Below, piece after piece: positions 35,265 to 46,200 of a DNA stretch of 64,000 nt. The notes below the pieces were generated by a model, which saw nothing but the letters and a program-made list of their open reading frames with translations, did no database searches and had not been told where the DNA came from. This stretch comes from a virus. Lineage: Duplodnaviria > Caudoviricetes. The position numbers and the translations under genes are program-made. The stretch's first letter is position 1. Every line of letters starts with the position of its first letter. The DNA is taken from IMG/VR virus record IMGVR_UViG_3300006752_000009. One strand, 5' to 3'.

Positions 35265-36223
35265 GAAAAGAAGCCTTTAGGGTTGGAGGCGATTTTTGCG
35301 ATCAAGTCGAGATCATAACACCTAATCGCTTCCATCATTAGGCGACATTCAAACCACAGATCCCCATCAACAAGGGGCATGAACAGGTCATGGATGTTGT
35401 CTACACCTAACATAACATCGACCCCTCCCTCGATAAGCTCCATGACAGGGGCTATTGAGTTATGGATCGGTGCAAGTATATCAGAATGTTGTTTCATACT
35501 GATTGCCGCACTTGGGCAAACGACTACCCCGATCTCTGCTTCTTGTAGTTTAGAAATCACACGCTGACGATCTTCTTTTTGCTGACACGCAAGAGAGATC
35601 GCATGAACGAGCCTAACCCGACCCTCAAGACCATGTTCAAAGGTCTTATCTGCAACCATCTCAGACTCACGCTCTGAAGGGGTGTTGTTTTGCCCTACAT
35701 GAACATCAACTGGCTTGTTCATATCTTTGGCTAGGTTAAAGATAAAGTCCATGTGTGCGAGAGGATCTTCATCTCTGTCGGGGAGTCCACCGATCACATC
35801 TGCCATCTCACAGGCTTGTATAAACATTTTTTGAGCTTCGGGTTCAAGGACACCTTCAAGTGGTTGAACAGCAAGTTGGAGGTCAAACCCTTTCTTTGCG
35901 TATTCTCTTTTAAGATTGACAGCGACTTGCATAGGTAGGAGTCCAACGATTTGGTCAGCATCAATAAATGTACGACACTTAGAGACACCTTGATAGATCA
36001 GATGTTCAATACACCGAGCCATTCGAGAGTGGAGTGTGTATTCGGTGTATTCTTCTTTGAGCTTACGATAAAGTTTCCATTTTTCTTGGAGGCTCGACTG
36101 AGAGAGTTTTAGACCTTCTTCGCTGATTAGATATGCCTTGTCAAAGTGTGCGTGGTGGCAAGCAAACCCACCTAGTTCATCTACTTTGTCCAAAAAAAAA
36201 CTCTCAATGTGCCAATAGTTCAT
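35261..36223 (-). CDS. cytosine-deaminase-like metal-dependent amidohydrolase
   Basis: HAHFDKA (HxH), VDVHVGQ, HAISL, LGVDNIHD motifs of CodA-type enzymes; substrate not determinable. Confidence 0.8.
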   Translation of the reverse strand: MNYWHIESFFLDKVDELGGFACHHAHFDKAYLISEEGLKLSQSSLQEKWKLYRKLKEEYTEYTLHSRMARCIEHLIYQGVSKCRTFIDADQIVGLLPMQVAVNLKREYAKKGFDLQLAVQPLEGVLEPEAQKMFIQACEMADVIGGLPDRDEDPLAHMDFIFNLAKDMNKPVDVHVGQNNTPSERESEMVADKTFEHGLEGRVRLVHAISLACQQKEDRQRVISKLQEAEIGVVVCPSAAISMKQHSDILAPIHNSIAPVMELIEGGVDVMLGVDNIHDLFMPLVDGDLWFECRLMMEAIRCYDLDLIAKIASNPKGFFS

Positions 36224-36291
36224 GTGCAGACTCCTTTTGTTTTCTTTTTATACCCCGACATTTAATAGATATAAAAATAAAGGAGTTCACC

Positions 36292-39200
36292 ATGAGTTCA
36301 TTTGGTTCGGGTTCAACCACCACAGCAGGTGCGTCTATCACTCTTAGAAACTACACAGGCACAGATGGAAATCAAGCAGGAACAGACGGTCTTGTACCAG
36401 GGCCAGGCATTGCACAGGCAGGCTATGTTCTAGGTGCAGGGGGCGATTGGACACTTGATGTCCTAGCCATCAACGACCTCGCAGATGCTACTAATCGGAT
36501 TGCTACTACAGCTTTTGTTCAAAATCGAGTTGCACAGATTGTTGCAGGTGGTGGGGGTATTGTTCTTGGAGGACTCCAAGATGTTGATCTTGCAGGTCTA
36601 GCTGATGACCAACTCTTACAATACAATCTAGCTGATTTAGAGTGGCAACCTGTCACTCTCACTCTCTCTTTGATTTCAGATGTTGATCTTGCAGGACTCC
36701 AAGATGGAAACGCTCTTGTTTATGATGCAGCCGCTAATAATGGGAACGGTGGTTGGGTTCCTGGTGAGGGTGGTGGTGGAGGTGCAGGAAATCTTAATGA
36801 GTTGGGTGATGTGACGATCAATGGAGGTGCTGACAAGCATTTCCTAGTTCGGAACGCTCAAGGTCAATATGTAAACCGATTGATTTCTACTGCTGACCTT
36901 AGTGATGAGGCAGATCTCGTCTTAGAGACAAGAGGAGCTACCTTTGGAGCTTTTGACTATGACTTTACAGGTGCTAACTCTATTACAGTTAAAGCCCCTG
37001 TTGGAGCTAATGACGCTACTACTAAGACTTATGTCGATACACAAGTAGCTACGAAACAACCGATTGATGCCACTTTAACAGCTCTTGCTGGAGTGGTGAC
37101 TGTTGCTGATAAACTCATCTATGCGACAGGTGCTGATGTTTTTGCGACCACAGACTTTACAAACTTTGGTCGAACTCTTATAGCGAACGCAAACGCTGGT
37201 GAAGCTCGTACTGATCTAGGATTAGGTACTTCAGCAGTCGAGGATGTTGGGGTCTTTGCACAGGTAGCAAATAACCTCAATGATCTAGCTGATGCAGGTA
37301 CAGCCCGAACGAACTTAGGTTTAGGTACTTCTGCTGTAGAGCCTGTAGGCACATTCGCCCAAGTAGCAAATAATCTTAATGATCTAGCTGATGCAGGCAC
37401 AGCTCGTACTAATCTTGGCTTAGGTACAGCCGCTGAGAGTGAAGTTGGAGATTTCTTAGCTTCTAATGCTGACATAGACGATCTTGGTGGTATCTCGACA
37501 GCTGGTAAGGCCGAAGGCAAAATCCTTAAGTTCAACGCTCAAAATAATCTTGTAGTTGCTGATGATGAGGGCAAGACTCAAGAAGAAATCGAGGACATCG
37601 TTGGAGGTATGGTTGATGGTAATACTGAGACAGGTATTACTGTAACCTATCAAGGTGCTGATAATACTCTTGACTTTGTGGTCGATAACACAGTTGTGGG
37701 CTTCCTCGCAGGTAATCAAACCTTCAATGGAGACAAGACTTTCACAGGTGCTGTCGATCTTACAGGTGCTACAGCGACTGGTGCTACTCAAAACGCTTCG
37801 GACAACTCTACAAGTTTAGCGACTACAGCCTATGTCGATGCTCAGATCGACACCGACATAACTGCTCTTGATCTCCCTAATAACTATCAAGGGCTAAATA
37901 CAAACCTCACAAGTATATCGGGACTCAACATTGTTGATGGGTCAATGGTGATAGGTGATGGGAATAACTCTTTTGAGATCTTAACCATTCAACTTGGGGT
38001 TGAGAACTTCTTAAAGAGTACAGGTCGTGTAGCCGCTCTTTCTGATGTGACTGTTAATAACGATGCACTGAACAACGCTAATCATATTCTCGTTAGTACA
38101 GGAGCAGGTGGTTTTGAAAGTCAGACGATTTCTACAACTAATCTCTCTAACAGTGGGGATATAGTCTTAGAGACTGCCGATGCGACCTTTGGAGCTAACA
38201 CCTATGACTTTACAGGTGCTACAGCGATTACAGTTCCTGCACCTAATAATGCTTCCGATGCTACAACCAAGACTTATGTAGACACTCAAGTCGCTACAAA
38301 GCAAACTTCAGATGCTACTTTAACTGCCCTTGCAGGACTTGCAACAGGAGCTAAAAAGCTCATCTACTCTAATACAGGGGATGACGACTTAGAGATGATT
38401 GGTCTTTCAGATAATGCCAAGACCTTCATCTCCTCAGATGCAGAGCTTGGTGATCTTGATAAAGTCACTATCGCTGGAGACATTGGGAATGGAAATGATG
38501 GTGAAACACTAAGATGGGATGGTGCTAACCTCGAATGGAAGAACTCGAAACTCGCTTTTGGCGATCTAAATCAGAATGTTGCTTCGACTCAGAATGTTGC
38601 TCTTTTAAATGGAGAGCAAACATTCAGTAATAACATCACATTTACAGCAGAGGTAGACCTTACAGGGGCGACAGCGACAGCAGAAACAGTAGCTAATAAT
38701 AATGTCGAGGGTAACTCAACTAGGATCGCTACTACAGCATTTGTTAAAAATGTAGTTAATCAAGTAGGTGGGGTTTCAGACCTTGCCGACCTTACAGATG
38801 TGGCTCTTGGTGCAGACAATGGGAATGGTGTCGCAGAAGAGGTAGGTCAGGTTTTAAGGGTAAGTGCTGTTGTAAACAATGTCGCTACCTTCAGAAATGC
38901 TTCGTTGTCATTTGATGACTTGTCCGACACAGGAAATGTAGTTGAGACAGATGCGAACGCTACTTTCGGTGCTTTCTCATACGACTTTACAGGGGCTACG
39001 ATTACAGTACCAGCTCCACAAAATGGAGCAGAGGCCACAACTAAGACTTATGTTGATACTGAAGTCGGCGGTAAGCAAGACTCCAATGCCCGTCTTGATG
39101 ACATCGCTGGTCTTGGGGTTGATAACAACCACTTTATTGTTGCTGATGGTGCGAACTTTACTCTTGAAAGCCCGACAGATGCTATTACGAGCTTGGGTAT

Positions 39201-42200
39201 GGGGGTCGGTAATAACGATCTCTTGATTGGTACAGGGGCGAACACTTTTGGAACGATTGCTACCACAGCAAATGGTAGATCTTTCCTTGCTTCCGAAGCA
39301 GGTGTGAATGACCTTTCAGATGTTTTGATTGCAGGTGTCGCAAACGCTCAGATCCTTGTCTATGATGCAGATGGTGGAGCGAACGATAACCAATGGAAGA
39401 ATGTCTCGTTATCGGGAGACATCACAATCAGTAATGCAGGTGTCGCAACGATTGGTGCTCTTGCTGTTGAAGAAGGTATGATTGCCAACAATGCGATCAC
39501 TACTGATAAAATCAATAACGGTGCTGTAACCAATGCCAAGCTAGAAAACAGCTATGTTTCGATTACTGATGGTGCGAATACGGACACCCTTCCTCTTGGT
39601 CAGACCTTTACATTCAACAATGTGGAGAATGAGACAACCGTTGTTGTTTCAGCAGATCAAGGTGCTGGTGCAGACGGAGTTGAGATCACCATTGGGCTTC
39701 CCGATGATGTGACGATTGCTCAAGACCTCACAGTAACAAGAAATCTTATCGTCAATGGAACGACAACGACTCTTAATACTGCGACTCTTGATGTTGAAGA
39801 TACAATCATTCGACTCAATAAAGGTGTGATGGATCTTAATGATGGTGCAGGTGGTGCTAACCCTAACGACATCGGATTGTTCTTTGAGAGAGGTACTACA
39901 GGAGATGACGCTATCTTCTATTGGGATGAAGGGGATGATTTCTTTAAACTTGGTCTAACAACCAATGACGACCATGAAGCTACAGATTTCGGAGCGACTA
40001 CAACTCCAGGTGGATTACAGATCGGCTCGCTTGAGCTTAGAGATAATCTCGCAACTTCATTAGTAGTTAAAGAGGGAGCGAACGCTTATCTCACATTCGA
40101 TACCTCTGATGGAACAGAGAAGGTTGTATTTGGTAAGGTCTTTGAAGCAGTTTCAGCTTCTAAGATTGGTAATGTAGAGATTTCAGATGGTCAGATCCAA
40201 ACGACTGCTGGAAATAACAACCTCTCATTCAATGATAATAACTTAACCACAACAGGTACAGCGAACTTCGGGGCGACCACAGTTGACTCCCTTGATGCTT
40301 CAAATGGTGGGATTACACAAGCAGGGGCGATCAGTGGGATTACAAGTCTTGCTGGTGCTTCGATGGATCTCCTACTAACAGATAATGATGCTGACGCACT
40401 TGACATTCGAGAAGCAGGTCTTGGTTCATATCTGACTTTTGATACTACCGATGCTCAAGGGCAAGTTGTTGTAAATGAGGGTGGGGCTGACATCGACTTT
40501 AGAGTCGAGGGCGATAACTCCGACCACTTGATCTTTACTCAAGCGAGTACAGATCGTGTGGGTATCAACACGAATAACCCGACAGCTCTTTTCCATGTAA
40601 ACGGAAATAGCATACTTGTAGGAGACTTAACTCAAAGTGGTGGTGCTGTTGTTTTCAACAATGACCTTGGAGACAATGACTTCCGAGTAGCAGGCGACAA
40701 TCAAGCCAATCTTTTATTTGTAGACGCTTCTGCCGACTCTGTTGGTATTGGTAAAAACAACCCAAGTAAGACCCTTGACATATCGGGTACTGTTGCGATT
40801 TCTAGCACTCTTGAGGTGGCAGGAAAGACAACTCTTGCAGGATCACTTGATCTCACAACAGGTTCAGCAACAGGTATTACCTTTAGGTCTGAGATTGCCG
40901 ATGGTGGGGTAGATGCCGACCAAATTCTTCTAAGAGTAAATCAAGGGGGTGGAGGACCAGCATATAAGAGCATCAAGTGGGTAGCCGCTGACGATAGGTT
41001 CTCTGTTGAAAGCTCTCTCAAGTCCGAAGGCAACTTCATAGTGGGTGATAATCAGTTTATCGCCAACGCTACAAACGGAAATCTTACGGTTGGCGGTACA
41101 GCTACCATTAATAATGCCGATGGTACAGCCGACCTTATCGTACAGAACAATGGGGTTGATGTCCTTAATGTAGATGCTTCGGCAGGTACAACCACAGTCA
41201 CAGGTCAGCTCAAGACTGATGATCTAAGAGCTAAGACTGCTGACGGTGGTGGAGATGACTTCAAGATTCGCATTGAAGATAATGTTCCGAACGCTCTTGA
41301 GATTTCTGATGCTACCAACGCATTGTCCTTCATGGTGTTTGACACCTCAGACAATGCAGAACTTATTAACCTTAATCAAGATACCTCATTCACGCTTGAT
41401 GCTACTTTTAAGCGTGAGATTTCGATTGAGAATACGAACTCTAATGGTTTGTTTTTCAACTCAAATCGGGCAGGGGTTGCTTCGGAAGACGCTACCCTCA
41501 TTACGATTGAGGGTGGTAATAACAAGAATGATGCAGTCCTTATTTGGGACACATCAGATAACGCTCTTAACCTCAATGCAGAAGCACAGGTTCACCTACA
41601 AGGTCTAAATGGATCAAACGCTCTAACGATTGGTGGTGCGTTGGTTGCCAATGCGACCATCGTTATGACGACAGCAGGTGCAATCACTCTTGATGGTACG
41701 CTTGATTCCCCAACGATCAATACAGATAAGATCACAGATAAAACAGCAGATGGTCTTGTCATTGAACTTGCTGATGGTCTAAATGGTAGTGCCCTTTTAG
41801 TAAGTGATGCAGGTGGGGCTAACTATCTCACTATCAATACAGATGCACAGACCCTTACATTTAATGAGGACGCAAACTTTGATGCTTCGGCTACCTTTGA
41901 CACCACAGTAGAGGTCACAGGGATTACGACTCTTAATGACTCGCTCAAGGTCAACAAGGCAGGTTCTGATACAGGTATCATCTTCAATGCTGATCGTGGA
42001 GCAGGGGAGGACATCAACGCTCAAGACTTTGACGCACTCCTTCTCCATGTTGAGAATGGTGGGTCTAACGCTACAGATGCTTACTTCAAGTGGGATGACT
42101 CTGAAAGCTCATTCAAGATTGAGGGTGGTAAGCTATTCTCAGCGACCGAGATTTCTATTGGGTCAGAAGCAGGTAATGCTCTCACCAAGAACCTCACGAT

Positions 42201-43227
42201 TGGAACTGATGGTGCTGTCGGCACATCGGGTGCGATTACTACTAGCTCAGTAGTCAACTTTAGTACAGCTTCTCAAGGTGCGATTGTCTTTAACTCTGAT
42301 CTTGGTGGAGGTGCTAATCCAGCTGACGATGATGACTTTGGTCTTACAGTTAATCGTGGTGCAGAAGCAGACGCTAAACTTTATTGGGACGAGTCAGCAA
42401 CCACATGGCAGTTTGAGACAGGTAATGTACAGGTTCAGAACTCGCTTGTGGTTGACTCAGATGCTAATGGTGCGATCACAGTATCAGATGGTTCTATCGT
42501 ATCAGCTAGTGGTTCTATCAGCTTTGGTGATGACAACCTAACAACTACAGGTTCAATCACTTCTGCGAGTCCTGCCAACGCTACAGATGACACAACCGTA
42601 GCTACAACTGAGTGGGTTCGTGATCGTAGTATTGGCGATTTCTCTGATGTTAATCTTGCCGACTTTGATGCCAACGATCAGATCCTCGTATGGGATCAAG
42701 TTAACCAAGAGTTTAAAAAGGGAACATCGGTCTATAACGCTGAACTGGCGAGAGATGATGTCGGTTCGGCTCTAGCAGGTGGTACACATACTTTCACAGG
42801 TGCAGATGGAACAATCGCATTTACGAATGATGACGCTAATGATGTGATTAATCTCGCTCTAGGCATCACCACTGAAAACTTGAAAGATGTCTCGGCAGAC
42901 CAAGCAACCAACAATCAAGTCTTGAGGTTTACGACAGCAGAGGGTGCGAACCAAAACAAGTATGTTCCTACTACACTTGGTACAGCGGCTGATGCAGACA
43001 CAGGGCTTGATAATGGAGAAATACCAACACTAACAACTCACTATCTCTCAAATCAAAGCGAGACAGCAGACCTTATCCTAACAGGTAGAGTTCTTGAGAC
43101 TATTGACTATGGATTAGTATCCGAAGCCTTTGATGATGCTACCGATTACTCCATTGACATGAATGGTACAGGTTTAGGTGATACCGTTATTTATGGCTCG
43201 GAGGATTATGGGATGCTTGTAGTTTAA
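36292..43227 (+). CDS. giant (~2,311 aa) fibre/adhesin-like virion protein
   Basis: A/G/T/D/N-rich beta repeats, NNLNDL..ARTNLGLG repeats, AT(T)K.YVD motifs, C-terminal DYG motifs; start placed at 36292 after AAGGAG. Confidence 0.85.
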   Translation: MSSFGSGSTTTAGASITLRNYTGTDGNQAGTDGLVPGPGIAQAGYVLGAGGDWTLDVLAINDLADATNRIATTAFVQNRVAQIVAGGGGIVLGGLQDVDLAGLADDQLLQYNLADLEWQPVTLTLSLISDVDLAGLQDGNALVYDAAANNGNGGWVPGEGGGGGAGNLNELGDVTINGGADKHFLVRNAQGQYVNRLISTADLSDEADLVLETRGATFGAFDYDFTGANSITVKAPVGANDATTKTYVDTQVATKQPIDATLTALAGVVTVADKLIYATGADVFATTDFTNFGRTLIANANAGEARTDLGLGTSAVEDVGVFAQVANNLNDLADAGTARTNLGLGTSAVEPVGTFAQVANNLNDLADAGTARTNLGLGTAAESEVGDFLASNADIDDLGGISTAGKAEGKILKFNAQNNLVVADDEGKTQEEIEDIVGGMVDGNTETGITVTYQGADNTLDFVVDNTVVGFLAGNQTFNGDKTFTGAVDLTGATATGATQNASDNSTSLATTAYVDAQIDTDITALDLPNNYQGLNTNLTSISGLNIVDGSMVIGDGNNSFEILTIQLGVENFLKSTGRVAALSDVTVNNDALNNANHILVSTGAGGFESQTISTTNLSNSGDIVLETADATFGANTYDFTGATAITVPAPNNASDATTKTYVDTQVATKQTSDATLTALAGLATGAKKLIYSNTGDDDLEMIGLSDNAKTFISSDAELGDLDKVTIAGDIGNGNDGETLRWDGANLEWKNSKLAFGDLNQNVASTQNVALLNGEQTFSNNITFTAEVDLTGATATAETVANNNVEGNSTRIATTAFVKNVVNQVGGVSDLADLTDVALGADNGNGVAEEVGQVLRVSAVVNNVATFRNASLSFDDLSDTGNVVETDANATFGAFSYDFTGATITVPAPQNGAEATTKTYVDTEVGGKQDSNARLDDIAGLGVDNNHFIVADGANFTLESPTDAITSLGMGVGNNDLLIGTGANTFGTIATTANGRSFLASEAGVNDLSDVLIAGVANAQILVYDADGGANDNQWKNVSLSGDITISNAGVATIGALAVEEGMIANNAITTDKINNGAVTNAKLENSYVSITDGANTDTLPLGQTFTFNNVENETTVVVSADQGAGADGVEITIGLPDDVTIAQDLTVTRNLIVNGTTTTLNTATLDVEDTIIRLNKGVMDLNDGAGGANPNDIGLFFERGTTGDDAIFYWDEGDDFFKLGLTTNDDHEATDFGATTTPGGLQIGSLELRDNLATSLVVKEGANAYLTFDTSDGTEKVVFGKVFEAVSASKIGNVEISDGQIQTTAGNNNLSFNDNNLTTTGTANFGATTVDSLDASNGGITQAGAISGITSLAGASMDLLLTDNDADALDIREAGLGSYLTFDTTDAQGQVVVNEGGADIDFRVEGDNSDHLIFTQASTDRVGINTNNPTALFHVNGNSILVGDLTQSGGAVVFNNDLGDNDFRVAGDNQANLLFVDASADSVGIGKNNPSKTLDISGTVAISSTLEVAGKTTLAGSLDLTTGSATGITFRSEIADGGVDADQILLRVNQGGGGPAYKSIKWVAADDRFSVESSLKSEGNFIVGDNQFIANATNGNLTVGGTATINNADGTADLIVQNNGVDVLNVDASAGTTTVTGQLKTDDLRAKTADGGGDDFKIRIEDNVPNALEISDATNALSFMVFDTSDNAELINLNQDTSFTLDATFKREISIENTNSNGLFFNSNRAGVASEDATLITIEGGNNKNDAVLIWDTSDNALNLNAEAQVHLQGLNGSNALTIGGALVANATIVMTTAGAITLDGTLDSPTINTDKITDKTADGLVIELADGLNGSALLVSDAGGANYLTINTDAQTLTFNEDANFDASATFDTTVEVTGITTLNDSLKVNKAGSDTGIIFNADRGAGEDINAQDFDALLLHVENGGSNATDAYFKWDDSESSFKIEGGKLFSATEISIGSEAGNALTKNLTIGTDGAVGTSGAITTSSVVNFSTASQGAIVFNSDLGGGANPADDDDFGLTVNRGAEADAKLYWDESATTWQFETGNVQVQNSLVVDSDANGAITVSDGSIVSASGSISFGDDNLTTTGSITSASPANATDDTTVATTEWVRDRSIGDFSDVNLADFDANDQILVWDQVNQEFKKGTSVYNAELARDDVGSALAGGTHTFTGADGTIAFTNDDANDVINLALGITTENLKDVSADQATNNQVLRFTTAEGANQNKYVPTTLGTAADADTGLDNGEIPTLTTHYLSNQSETADLILTGRVLETIDYGLVSEAFDDATDYSIDMNGTGLGDTVIYGSEDYGMLVV
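37204..37434 (+). repeat. 99-nt (33-aa) in-frame tandem repeat, ~2.3 copies
   Basis: Units start at 37204, 37303, 37402: ARTxLGLGTSAVExVGxFAQVANNLNDLADAGT. Confidence 0.9.
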
Positions 43228-43285
43228 TAGTCTATTTATACCTAACCAATATAGAAACAGATAGTCCGATTTAAGGAGTCCAATC

Positions 43286-46200
43286 ATGGCTGTAAGAAGA
43301 GTCCAACTAAGAAGAGGCACTACCAATGACCACACAAATGGTGGTGGCTTTACTGGTGCTGTAGGTGAGATCACCATAGACACAACCACTAAATCCATTC
43401 GTGTTCACGATGGTGGTCAAGCAGGTGGCTTCGACCTCATGCGAGCAGATATGTCTAACAACCTCGCAGTCACCGGGGACATCAACTTCACTGATGATGC
43501 CCATGTGATTGGAGGGGCAATCAACACAGGTGGAGATGCCACACACATTCTCGATCTTGGTGCGGCTAATACCACTGTTCGTGTTCGAGGTACATTAAGT
43601 GTTGCGAACCAAACAACGCAAAATGACCTCCTTATCGAAAATAAGGTTATCGTTCTCGCTGATGGCGATGAGGGTGAACCAAACAGCAATGACTCTATTG
43701 GTATCCTCTTTACTAGAACCTTAGATACTCAAGATCCTGCTCAAGCCCAAGACCCTGCATTGCTTTATTGGGACGAAGCGGCTGATCGCTTTAGGCTTGA
43801 AACCAACGATGTTACCGAAGCAGACGCGGATTGGAGAGCAGGAGCAACTGGTGCCGATTTAACTCTTAGGACTCTATATGCTCAGACTTCGGTTGATGTT
43901 AATGACGGAAACATCACCAATGTTGGACAGATTTCTTTGGCCTCAATCACTTTTGCTGACGCAGGTGCTTTCATTACGGTTACTGCCGAAGATGCTCTTG
44001 ATGGTAAGGCATTTAATCTAAATGATGGAGGTGGTACTGAATACCTCACTATCAACACAAATGCTGAGTCTACCACTCTAGGTGTACCTGCTAAGACAAC
44101 GACTATTAGATCGAATACTGTAGATTTAGGAACAGACGCCGCTAATGATGTCGCTTTAGGTGTTGTAGCTCGAACAGGGGCTAATAATGCAGGTCAGTCT
44201 TTAACCATCTCAGCAGGTTCTGCTCCTACAGGTGGAGGTGAGAACCTTGATGGTGGTGATCTTATCCTTGCAACAGGTGCAGGTGATGGAACAGGTACAG
44301 CTTCTATTCAGTTCCAAACTAAAGTTTCTGGTACTGATACTGTAGCCGAGCGTATGCGTGTCCACACTAATGGTAATGTGGGTATCGGTGAAAATGCACC
44401 CGATACTCTCTTACACATTTCTGGTGCTGATACAGCGACTCTCACTCTTGAGAATACTACAGGTGGTAATGCTCAAGATGATGATCCCTCGACTATCTCA
44501 TTTAAGGGTAATGCTCAAGTTAAGGCTCTAGCACAGATTGTAGGTGCTCACGATGGGGTGGCAGATGACGATAAGGGTGTTCTTATCTTCAAGCCAAATA
44601 ATGATGCCGACCCCACAGAAGCTCTTAGACTCGACTCGGCTCTTAAGGCTACTTTTGCAGGTGCTGTAGAAATCGCTACCTCTCTCGATCTGACTGATGG
44701 TGCGATCAACAATGTGACTACTATTGATCTCGATAAAATTACAGATCGGGCGAATGATGGTATTGAGATTGAACTCCAAAACGGACAAGCTAGTGCGTTA
44801 GTTATTGATGACACAAATGGTGATACATTCTTAACAATTAACGCAGACGCTAATACGATTACGCTTGGTCAAGCGACTACGCTTTCTTCGACACTCCAAG
44901 TGGACGGTGGTACTGCTACCATTCAAGGTGTTGAGGGTGGAACTGCTTCTCTTTTCCTCAATGCTGATGAAAGTGATGATGCAGGTGATAATTGGAGAGT
45001 CCAAGCTACAGATCATGCTACGAGAACTCTTGCCTTTGCAGGTGAGAATGACGCTGGTAATGGTTATGTAGATGTTCTTACTCTTACAGGTGCGAATACA
45101 GAAGCGACTTCCTCTGCTACTGTTAAGGGAACACTTATTGTAAATGGAGAAATCCAATCTGCGACAGACCTTGTTTTCCAAGTAGACAACGACAATAATG
45201 GAGACAACAAGTTCTCTTTCCAAGATGGTGATAACTCAGAGGTCGCTTCACTTACAGAAGCAGGTATCCTTACAGTCACAGGGTTATCCAACCTTAATGG
45301 TGGCATTGCAGTTGATACCAATAAGTTCACTGTTGCAGGTGATGACACTGGTAATACAGCGACTAAAGGAACGCTCACAGTTAGTGGCAATACAGTAGTT
45401 GGTGTTCAAGGTGAAGGTAGCCCGAACCTAAGCGTTATAAACAACGGAGGAACGACCACCTTTAGCGTAACAGGTGCGACAGGGAATACGGCTGTCGCAG
45501 GTACGACTACTCTAAGCAACACCCTTAACATCGTTCAAGGTGTTGCTAGTGGTATCGTGTTCAACTCTGATCGTGCTAACGAGGCTGACCAAGATGCCTC
45601 TCTGATCTTAGTTAAAGACGCAGATGGTGGTACTGATGGTGCTTTTGCTTGGGATGATGGGTTAAACACCTTCTCATTCAGTGGTAGTAAGCTCAACTCT
45701 GTACTCGACTTTAGCGTTGGTACTCTCGCTACACCATCGACTACTATCAGTGCTACAACAGGTGCGATTGCTACAGCAGGTACAGCACCTGTTCTTACAC
45801 TAAAGAACACTACAGGTGGTAATGGTGACGCTGATAGTCCAACACTAATTAACTTCCAAGATGACGATGGTGCAGACCTCGCTCGTATTCAAGGCTCTCA
45901 CGATGGTGGGGTTGACGATACTAAGGGTGATTTGATCTTCTCTACCAATGGTGGTGGGGGTCTTTCAGAAGCTCTTAGACTTGACTCGGCTAATCTTGCA
46001 ACTTTTGCAGGGAACATCACAGCTCAAGACATCACAGCGAGTAATGGCACAATCACTGTAGGTGCTAGTGGAGCTTCGATTGTAGCGACTGACGCTGATA
46101 CACTTACGATCACAGAAACTACCATCGTAGCCGCAGGCAATCTCCAAGTTAATGGAAACATTACAGGTGCTAATGAGGCTAAAGAAATCTTTGTGGCGAG

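Noticed and set aside
37204-37434. Direct repeats that could suggest a CRISPR array
   Set aside because: The period is 99 nt, in frame, with synonymous variation and no unique spacers; no cas genes are in the window
43286-43450. Diversity-generating retroelement suggested by the Mtd_N-like domain
   Set aside because: No reverse transcriptase in the window, and the fibre repeats do not show adenine-specific mismatches of a TR/VR pair; a DGR elsewhere in the genome cannot be excluded
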